Made by a program: the position numbers and the translations under genes. Source: an uncultured delta proteobacterium (GTDB taxonomy: Bacteria > Desulfobacterota > Binatia > UBA9968). From it: 64,000 nucleotides of DNA. How positions within the stretch are numbered: the stretch's first letter is position 1; every line of letters starts with the position of its first letter. Under the pieces are notes generated by a model. The model saw only the letters and a program-made list of their open reading frames with translations. It did no database searches and was not told the origin of the DNA. Positions 29,861 through 38,200 of this stretch are shown in pieces. Where the stretch lies: positions 192,001 through 256,000 of the forward strand of contig CAVYTU010000008.1 of the NCBI GenBank assembly GCA_963771465.1, given 5' to 3'.

Positions 29861-29944
29861 TTCACCACGAAGGACACGAAGAGCACGAAGTTCGGAGATA
29901 CTTTTATCCTAAACCTTCGTGTCCTTCGTGATCTTCGTGGTGAA
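29861..29944. repeat. Intergenic inverted nonamer-repeat hairpin (CACGAAG-type)
   Basis: ttcaccacgaaggacacgaagagcacgaag ... cttcgtgtccttcgtgatcttcgtggtgaa. Confidence 0.8.
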
Positions 29945-29979
29945 AAGGAATTTTTCATATTCCAAAAAGGGGATAAACC

Positions 29980-31095
29980 ATGAGCACGACCTATGAAGTC
30001 GCCGATATGATGATCGGCGTGCGCAACATGATCGAAGCCGCGGATTTGCGCCGCGGCGACCAAGTGCTGCTGCTCGCCGACACGCGCAGCGACAAGATCA
30101 CTCTCGAAGCGCTCACCGCCGGCCTGCGCTTTTTTGGCGCCGAGCCGATGACGCTCGTCACCGAGCCGATCCCACGTTACGGCGAAGTGCCGGCGGCGGT
30201 GATGGAGGCGATGCACGCAGCTGACGTGGCGATCTGGGTTTGGCCGGTGTTTATCACGTTTACGCCGACTCATCGCGCGCTGGGCCGCAAGCGCGAAGAG
30301 AGCGGCACGCAACTCCACGAGGCGCGCATGAAGCCCTATCACATTTATTTCGAAGGCAACGCCGGCCTGCTCGCGCGCGACTACGCCAAGTTCCCCAACA
30401 AAGTTTTGTGGAAACTAGCGGAAAAGGTGCGCGAAGTCGTCGGCGCCGGCAAGGTCGTGCGCATCGTCGACGAGCTCGGCACCGATCTAACCGCGACCTA
30501 CGACGGCAAGCAACTCTACGGCATGCAGTTTCGCGCCGGAGATCCGCCCGGCCGCTGCCACTTTCCCTGGGGACGCTGCGGTGTGTTCAATGGCGACGGC
30601 AGCGCCAATGGCGAAGTTTACCTCACTTGCGTGCAGGGCATCGCTGGCAAACTCGCCGAGCCCATGCGCTGGAAAATCAAAGACAGCGTAATCACGGAGG
30701 TCGACGGCGGCGCCGCGGCGGGCGAAGAATGCCGGCGCCTATTCAAAGAAGTGCCGGAATCGAATCGCTTGATCGAAATCATGTTCGGCTACCATCCCAA
30801 AGCGTCCGCCGAACATGGCGTCGCCGATCCCATGCACTGGGAGTTGATCAGCAAGATGCCCTGGGCCGGTCTCGGCACGCCGCGCAAGCATCCGAGCTTC
30901 AGACATATCGACGGCTCGGTCTTCAACGGCAAACTCTACATCGACGATCGCCTGGTCGTCGACAAATACGGCATGCTCGACCGCTCTCTGCTGCATCATC
31001 CCGAAGTGGTTGACGCGGCCGCGGAGTATGGCGATCCGTACCAAGTGCTCGCGCCGATCTCGCACGCGGCGCATGGCTCGGGAACAGCTTGGTAA
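29980..31095 (+). CDS. Peptidase M29/NicX-fold protein (aminopeptidase-like or 2,5-dihydroxypyridine dioxygenase-like)
   Basis: GDQVLLLADT, GTDLT, IEIMFGYHP, HIDG..LYIDDRLVV pattern of the thermophilic-metalloprotease fold. Confidence 0.65.
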   Translation: MSTTYEVADMMIGVRNMIEAADLRRGDQVLLLADTRSDKITLEALTAGLRFFGAEPMTLVTEPIPRYGEVPAAVMEAMHAADVAIWVWPVFITFTPTHRALGRKREESGTQLHEARMKPYHIYFEGNAGLLARDYAKFPNKVLWKLAEKVREVVGAGKVVRIVDELGTDLTATYDGKQLYGMQFRAGDPPGRCHFPWGRCGVFNGDGSANGEVYLTCVQGIAGKLAEPMRWKIKDSVITEVDGGAAAGEECRRLFKEVPESNRLIEIMFGYHPKASAEHGVADPMHWELISKMPWAGLGTPRKHPSFRHIDGSVFNGKLYIDDRLVVDKYGMLDRSLLHHPEVVDAAAEYGDPYQVLAPISHAAHGSGTAW

Positions 31096-31231
31096 AAATT
31101 TGACCACCGCGGAGAATTTTTTCCGCACCCTCAAGGTTTGCCGGACTTCCGAGGGTAGAATGGAAGAATAGCAGTGTCGAATCGCACGTCTTTTCGATCC
31201 TTATGACGCAAACCAAGCGAAGATTTTTTCT

Positions 31232-31254
31232 GATGTCATCGTATCGATGACATC
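31232..31254. promoter_or_regulatory. Perfect 10-bp inverted repeat, possible operator
   Basis: GATGTCATCG-TAT-CGATGACATC, about 60 bp upstream of TTGACA (31314) ahead of the activator gene. Confidence 0.4.
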
Positions 31255-31349
31255 CTGGTCACTTTGTTCGCACCCAACGAGCCAAGAGAAATCATTTCTC
31301 TCTGCGAACTTCATTGACACATTATCGGCGATTGGGTAATTCAGAGGTT

Positions 31350-32912
31350 GTGAAAGTCGAGACTCCAAACCACCGAGACGCGCCTGGGAAAACCGCTGAC
31401 ACGCCCCATGTCGACAAGCTGCGCGCGGTGTTGAATATCTGCCGGCGCATGAGCACAATAACCGATCTTGCCTTGCTGCAAGCGCTGATTACGCGCGAAG
31501 CCAAGGAGCTGCTGCAAGCCGAGCGCGTGAGTATTTTTCTTTTCGACCGCGACAACTGCGAGCTCTGGTCGGCGATCTCCCAAGAGGGACGCATCATGCG
31601 CTTTGACGCCCGGCTCGGCATCGCCGGCGCGGTGGCGATGACCGGTCAAACGATTAATGTCGCCGACGCTTACGAACACCCGCTCTTCTACAAGGAAGTA
31701 GACACACAGACAGGCTACCGGACACAAACGCTGCTCGCCGTGCCGCTCCACGATCTCGACGGCAAGATCATCGGCGTCGGCGAAGCGACCAACAAACTCG
31801 TCGGTCATTTTAGCGATGAAGATGGCGAGATTTTGGCGACCTTGGCCGCACATCTCACCGATTTTTTCGCCAGCTCACCGATTGCAGCGGCGATAAAAGC
31901 GCAGCACGCCGCCCATGCAAGCGCGCCTGCGGTGCCATACGGCAGCGCTTTTACGACGCAGAATATCGTCGGCATGAGCGACCGCACCCAATCGATCATC
32001 CGGCTCATCGATCAAATTCGCTCCAGTTCGGTGGACGTGCTGATTCATGGCGAAAGCGGCACTGGCAAGGAACTGATCGCCAAGGCGCTCCACTACAACA
32101 GCCCGCGCGCCAAGCAGCCCTTCGTCGCGCTCAACTGCGCCGCGCTGCCGGAAGCCCTAGTCGAAACCGAATTGTTTGGCATCGAAAAAGGCGTTGCCAC
32201 CGGCGTCGAGCGGCGCATTGGCAAGTTTGAAGCGGCCCACGGCGGCACACTTTTTCTCGACGAGATCGGCGACTTGAGCCCGGCAGCCCAGGCGAAGATT
32301 CTGCGGGTACTGCAGGAGCGAATCGTCGATCGCGTCGGCAGCCGCACGCCGGTGCCGGTCGACGTGCGCATCATCGCCGCAACCAATCGCAACCTCGAGA
32401 CTTGCATGCGCGAAAAACAATTTCGCGACGACCTTTATTACCGTTTGAGCGTGGTGCATATACAACCCCCGGCGCTGCGGGAGATTCCCGAAGACGTGGC
32501 GGTGCTAGCCAACCATTTTCTCCAAAAACACTGCGCGGCAAGTATGACCGCGCTCAAAGAGTTTACCCCCGGCGCGTTGGCATTGTTGACGGCTCACGAC
32601 TGGCCCGGGAACGCGCGCCAGCTGGAAAATGAAGTGAAGCGGCTGGTCGCTTCGGTGCGCACCAGGGTCATCACCGAAGCGCAACTGGCTCTGCCGGCAG
32701 CGCGCAAACTGGATCAATCACAGCCTGGGGCCGGGCTGCAAACCGGGCAAACTCTTTTCGATGCGCTGCAAACCCTCGAGCGAAAAATGATCGAAGAAGC
32801 GCTGAGCCAAGCCGCCGGCAACAAGCACAAAGCTTCCCAGCGGCTCGGACTAAGCCGCCAAGGACTGATCAAAAAACTCAAACGCCTCGGCATGACCGCG
32901 GCGGTAGATTGA
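31350..32912 (+). CDS. GAF-domain sigma-54-dependent transcriptional regulator
   Basis: GAF (GIAGAVAMTG, VDTQTGYRT), GESGTGKE, ETELFGIEKGVATGV, WPGNARQL, Fis-type HTH. A GTG start after GAGG is inferred. Confidence 0.9.
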   Translation: MKVETPNHRDAPGKTADTPHVDKLRAVLNICRRMSTITDLALLQALITREAKELLQAERVSIFLFDRDNCELWSAISQEGRIMRFDARLGIAGAVAMTGQTINVADAYEHPLFYKEVDTQTGYRTQTLLAVPLHDLDGKIIGVGEATNKLVGHFSDEDGEILATLAAHLTDFFASSPIAAAIKAQHAAHASAPAVPYGSAFTTQNIVGMSDRTQSIIRLIDQIRSSSVDVLIHGESGTGKELIAKALHYNSPRAKQPFVALNCAALPEALVETELFGIEKGVATGVERRIGKFEAAHGGTLFLDEIGDLSPAAQAKILRVLQERIVDRVGSRTPVPVDVRIIAATNRNLETCMREKQFRDDLYYRLSVVHIQPPALREIPEDVAVLANHFLQKHCAASMTALKEFTPGALALLTAHDWPGNARQLENEVKRLVASVRTRVITEAQLALPAARKLDQSQPGAGLQTGQTLFDALQTLERKMIEEALSQAAGNKHKASQRLGLSRQGLIKKLKRLGMTAAVD

Positions 32913-33013
32913 TCGCGTCCTACGCAAACCCATCGGCGCCGAGCATCGCCGCCGCGGCATTCGTCAATCAAATCCCGCTCGCAACCGCCACAAAAAGCTG
33001 AGCTGGTAATGAT

Positions 33014-33060
33014 ACAACTGCCGTTCGCCCCGCCATAAGAGCGGGACGAACGGCAGTTGT
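33014..33060. terminator. Long hairpin between convergent genes, probable terminator
   Basis: acaactgccgttcgccccgc-cataaga-gcgggacgaacggcagttgt, a 20-bp stem with one mismatch. Confidence 0.6.
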
Positions 33061-33164
33061 TGGTTTGCACCCAACGATGACTTTTCCCGGGTGCCGGCTG
33101 TCGGACGTGAAGCGAAATCGGCTACAGCCGAAGATCGAGGGAAGCAATGGTGACTTCGGCCCAT

Positions 33165-33407
33165 TCACCCCACGCCGATATTTTTGAGCGCCTCTTTCAG
33201 GGCCGCGCGCAGCAGCGGATTACGCTTGGCCACCGTCGCGTAAGCCTTTTTGGCCGCTTTCTGTTTATCCGCGGCGCTCTTCGCCTTGGACGACTTGATC
33301 AGCGCCTGAACTGCGGCATTGAGATCCTTGTTCGCGCTAACCAGTTTGCGATTGGCCTTGCGCAGCTTGGATACGGCTGCGGCCGGCAACTTTGTGCCTT
33401 TACCCAT
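33165..33407 (-). CDS. Small basic Lys/Ala-rich protein, 80 aa
   Basis: Very strong GGAGGTGA RBS; 16 Lys, 19 Ala and 3 acidic residues; last gene of the NRPS-strand run. Confidence 0.75.
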   Translation of the reverse strand: MGKGTKLPAAAVSKLRKANRKLVSANKDLNAAVQALIKSSKAKSAADKQKAAKKAYATVAKRNPLLRAALKEALKNIGVG

Positions 33408-33463
33408 AACTCACCTCCCTTCCTTTTTATGAATGCGAGTCGAAATAAACGGTTTCATGCGCG

Positions 33464-35245
33464 CTACGGACAACCGTCCCGTCGCGTTGGCGATGCCCGA
33501 AAGTCCGCTTGCAGCAACTTTATACTTTGCGCCACCGTCGGGTCGCCAAGAAACTTTGCCGCCGGTAAATCCTGAAATTTTTCCAGAACGGTTCTAAGCG
33601 CCGCGCCGAGTTGAGTATCGACGGCCGGGATAAACATCGCGTGGCCCATGCCGCGGAACTCCAACAGCGCGCGTTCACCCTTGAGACCGTCGCGATAGAA
33701 ATCTTCCGCTTGACAGCCGGCGATCACCGAATCGCGCGCTCCTTTGAGAATCAGGGTTTTCACTTCGTGGACGTGCCTTTTCGGCGTCCACAGACACACC
33801 GGCTTAGTTTGATCCGTGCCGATGCGTTTGGCTTCGGCGCGCAGCAAATCTTTGCCGTCACCGCTGCCATTGGTGAATGCGGCGACATCTCCGCCGGTGA
33901 AGCAGCCATCGGTGTCTAACTGCACCATCCCCGGCCGCAGCAACGTGCGCGCCACGCCGTCGTATAAGCCGAACACCTGATTGGCGCGGATCGATTCCAA
34001 TCCGCTTCCCTGCTCGGCGTTACTCTTGTCCGAGACGATACCGCAGAGTTTGTTGGCGCAGGATGCATTTTGAAAAAACGGCGCGTCTTGAACGCACTGG
34101 CGTTGCGGCAGGGTCACTTGGGCCGGCACCTTGTCATTCAACATTAGATAGTAGCCGACCACCAGCGCTGCATTCACCTGAGTGGAGAAATCGCGCAGGT
34201 AGGGGGAAAAATCTTTCTCCGGCGCGCCGGTAAACTGAAGTCTTTTGATCGCGACGTAAAATTCCTTGGGAAAACGCAGCCGCTGTTTGCTGTCGCTAGA
34301 TTTTTGCAACGCATCGTAATGATCCGTGACGAAATCGACGGAGCCGAAACTTTGCTCGATAGCGCTGATCGCGTTTTCCAGCTGACGCGACAGTTTGGCG
34401 GCGTCATCGAGCGACAAAAAGCAAAAGTTGTTGGTTCCCGGCGGCCCGACCACCGCTTTCACGTCGCTGATATTTTCTTTGCTCTCGCCGAAAAAAGTGA
34501 TCACCTTGACCGGCAGCTTTTTGTCCTGGCAGTTGCAGGGCTGCGGCGCCTGGGACCGGTAGAGCGAAAAGATTCGCGCCAAATTCTCCGCCGTCATCTT
34601 TCCCCGCGCCGCGTGAGTATCGCGGTCGCGTACCACCGGCGCCGACAGCACCAACGATTTTACTTTTGCCGGGCCAAATTTGGCAGCATAGAGTTGCGCC
34701 GGGACGGAGCCCCAACTATGGGAGTAGATCGCATCCCACGGTTTCTTGCCAAGCAACGCTTTTCTGATGCGCTCCATGTCGTCCGCCACGTATTCGGCGC
34801 GCAGAAACTGATCGTATTTGTTATCGCCGTTGATGACGCTGCGGCCGCCGCCGCGCAGGTCGAAGTAAACGATGTTATGCTTCGCTTCGAGATATCCGAG
34901 CATGCGATTGGTTTGATCGAGGTGATCGACCAGCTGTCCCGGTCCTCCCGCGATAAACAAAATGTTTTTGCGACTCGCTCGGGCTAGGCTGAAACCCTTG
35001 CCGGTAAAATAATGGAGATCGAACTTGCAGTTATCGTCGTGGCAATTGAAGGCTTTGGGCATGGCGAGATCGTCCGGCAATAATCGTACGTCGGAGACTT
35101 TTTGCCAGCGCTGACCGCCCGCGTTACTCGGCCGAGGATTCATCTCGCTGACGCTCCATTGAGAGGCCGGCGGTTTTTCCCCACCCTGGAGCGAGCCGGC
35201 CAACGCTAACAGCATGATCCCGTAGCAAAATAATTGCTTAACCAT
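33464..35245 (-). CDS. Secreted alpha/beta hydrolase (peptidase S33-like), Cys-rich
   Basis: Signal peptide, GGPG oxyanion motif, FDLRGGGRS, nucleophile SHSWG, Asp in GARD, His in GMGH. Confidence 0.85.
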   Translation of the reverse strand: MVKQLFCYGIMLLALAGSLQGGEKPPASQWSVSEMNPRPSNAGGQRWQKVSDVRLLPDDLAMPKAFNCHDDNCKFDLHYFTGKGFSLARASRKNILFIAGGPGQLVDHLDQTNRMLGYLEAKHNIVYFDLRGGGRSVINGDNKYDQFLRAEYVADDMERIRKALLGKKPWDAIYSHSWGSVPAQLYAAKFGPAKVKSLVLSAPVVRDRDTHAARGKMTAENLARIFSLYRSQAPQPCNCQDKKLPVKVITFFGESKENISDVKAVVGPPGTNNFCFLSLDDAAKLSRQLENAISAIEQSFGSVDFVTDHYDALQKSSDSKQRLRFPKEFYVAIKRLQFTGAPEKDFSPYLRDFSTQVNAALVVGYYLMLNDKVPAQVTLPQRQCVQDAPFFQNASCANKLCGIVSDKSNAEQGSGLESIRANQVFGLYDGVARTLLRPGMVQLDTDGCFTGGDVAAFTNGSGDGKDLLRAEAKRIGTDQTKPVCLWTPKRHVHEVKTLILKGARDSVIAGCQAEDFYRDGLKGERALLEFRGMGHAMFIPAVDTQLGAALRTVLEKFQDLPAAKFLGDPTVAQSIKLLQADFRASPTRRDGCP

Positions 35246-35282
35246 TTGGACATGCACCTGCGCGCGCAACACGTCGTTTATT

Positions 35283-38200
35283 CTAGGGCGTCAGTTTGAT
35301 GCTCGACAGTTTGCGTTCGGGCACCGCCACGGCTTGGGCCAGCACGCCGGAGAATTGCTTTAGGGCGTGCGCAACGAAACTTTCATCGAAGCGAGCGACC
35401 TTATAGTTTACAATTGCTGTCAACGCCGTTGACGTTTCGCGAAAGTCGAAACTTAGATCCGCCGAGGTAAATGCAACATCCGCCGCCGCGGCGCGATCTG
35501 TACCACCAAGAGAAGCAATTGTAAGGCCAGAAACTGACTCAGATTGAAATGCAAACCGGCGATAGTTCATCATAACTTGATACAGGGATCGGTTCGGTGA
35601 GTTCTTCTTATCTTGCAGCGCACGCACGAGAGATTCGATGGGCAAGTCCTGATGGGCGAAGGCGCCAAGAGCCGTGGCACGGGCCTGGTCCAACAGTTCG
35701 ATGAACGACATGCGCGGCGCGATCTGCGCGCGCAGCACGACGGCGTTGACGAGATAGCCGATCAACTCTTCGGTGTGCGGGCGGCTGCGGTTTGCAACCA
35801 GCGTTGCGATGCGAATATCGCGGCTGTCAGTCAAGCGCCAGAGCCAAGCGTCGAGCGCCGCCAGGAGCACGACGAACGGCGTGAGCTTGCGGCGCCGGGA
35901 TAACTCGCGCACGCCGGCGAAGAGATCGGCATCCAAAGTCAAGAATTTGCGGGCACTGCGATAGCCAGATCGCGCGCCTCGCCTTGGCGCTCCGGTAAAC
36001 TCAAGGCGCGGCGCGGCGCCGGCGAGAATGTTACGCCAATATTTGAATTGCTCATCAAAGCCACCGGTTTCTAACAACTGATTTTGCCAACGGGTAAAGT
36101 CGGCGAATTGAATCGGCAAATCGGCTAACGGCGATGGTAAACCGCGAGCAAACGCTTCATAGAGTTTGGTCAGCTCGTAGCGAAACCGCCGGAGCGACCA
36201 TTGATCGCCGATGATATGGTGCAGGGTAACCAGCAGCACATGCTCGCATGGCGCCAACCGAATAAGCTTCACCCTAAACGCCGGCCGGGTCGCCAAATCG
36301 AATGTCGCACTGGCATCGTGGTTCGATAAGCGCGCCAATGCGGCTTGCCGCTGACCCGGCGCGAGCGCGGTCAGATCGACCACGGAGCAAACGAGCTTTT
36401 GGCTGCGGCGAATCGTTTGCGCCGGCGCGCCATCCACATCTCGGAACAGCGTGCGCAGCACGGCGTGGCGATCGACGATGGTTTGCAAGCTTCTCCTGAG
36501 CGCCGCAACGTCAAGCGGGCCGGTGAGACGGTAGCCGTAAGGCAAATGTAAAAACTCGGCGCCCGACAACAGATCATCGAGCGTAAGAAACTGTTCCTGC
36601 GCCGAGGATAGCGGCAAATGGCCGCCGAGGCTCCTAGCGGTAATCGCTGGCAAGCCTTCACCGTTGCCTTGGCGCATAGCGGATTCGAGATTACGAGCGA
36701 CGCCTGCAATCGTCGGCGCGTCGAACAAATCGCGCAAAGAGAGGTCAACTGCGAACGCTGCGCGCAACCGAGCAGTGAGTTGGGTCGCCAAAAGCGAATG
36801 ACCGCCGAGCTCAAAAAAATTCTCATCGACGCCGACTCGTTCAAGCCGCAGCAGCTCGCGCCAGATCACGGCGACGACACCCTCGACTGCCGTGCGCGGT
36901 TCAACGATATCATTCGTCGAATGCATGCTTGGCGCCGGCAGGGCGCGCCGGTCCACTTTGCCGTTGGGCAACAGCGGCAGATAATCCAGAATAACGAAGT
37001 GAGAAGGAATCATCGCTTCAGGCAGCCTTAGCCTGAGAAACTCGCGCAATTCGCTAACGGATAATTCAGCCGCTGGTTTAGAAACCACGTAGGCGCATAA
37101 CAAACCGTCCGATTTGTCATCTGGAATTTGCAATCTGCAATCAGCAGAGCCACCCCGTTCTTCCACCAACGCCGCCACAACGCAGTCTTGGATTTTCCTA
37201 TGCGCCCGCAGCGCCGCTTCGATCTCAGCGAGCTCGATGCGTTGGCCGCGAATCTTGATTTGCCGATCGTCGCGGCCGAGAAATTCGAGATTGCCGTCCG
37301 GCAAATAACGCGCGAAATCGCCGGTGCGAAACAGTCGAGCGGTTGAATCGCGGTCAAACGGATTGGGAATAAACCGCTCCGCCGTCAATTCCGGCCGATG
37401 CCAATAGCCGCTCGCCAGTCCGGCGCCGCCAACGAACAGCTCGCCGGTAAGCCCGATGGGAACCGGCTGCATGCGTGCATCGAGCAAATAAATCTCCGTG
37501 TTCGCGATGGGCCGGCCGATGGGGACGCCGGCAGCGCCGATGGGTCGGCGATACTCGAAGCAAGTCACGTCGGCGCCGACTTCCGACGAACCGTAAAGAT
37601 TCAACAGAGTCGCGCGCGGATGGCTCTTCTTGAATCTGTCGGCTAATGCCGCGGGCAACTCTTCGCCGCTGCTAGTCCAATAAACCAATTGGGGCAGTTT
37701 ATTTTGCAAGTTCGGCGTGCCATCGAGCAACGCTTGCAGCAGCGACGGCACCAATACGATGCGCGTGATCCGATGCTCGGCGAGAAACTCCACCAAGCGG
37801 TGGGGCTCGCTCGCCGCCTCATCGGACGCAATCACCAAACGGACACCTTGAAGCAAGGGACCGAATATTTCCCACACCGAATCGACGAAGCTCAACGAAG
37901 TCTTCATGCAACAGACTTCGCCCGGCGCGAACGGAAACTGTTTCCACATCCAATGAAACCGATTGAGCGCGCCGCGATGGAGTGCGACAACACCTTTGGG
38001 CGCCCCAGTGGAGCCAGACGTATAGATCACATAGGCCGCATCCTCCGCGCGCGCGCCGGTGGCCGGATTATTCGCGCGGGCTGTTTCGATCTCCGGCCAG
38101 TCGCGGTCGAGGCACACGACTTTGAGCCGAGGCTCGAGGGTAGAGTATCGAAGAGCGCGATCCTCCATTCCTTCGACTTCGCTCAGGACAGGCATCCATC

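Noticed and set aside
29861-29944. Short repeats as a possible CRISPR array (also 19020-19172 and 26711-26740)
   Set aside because: The units are 7-9 bp, tandem or inverted, with no unique spacers and no cas genes.
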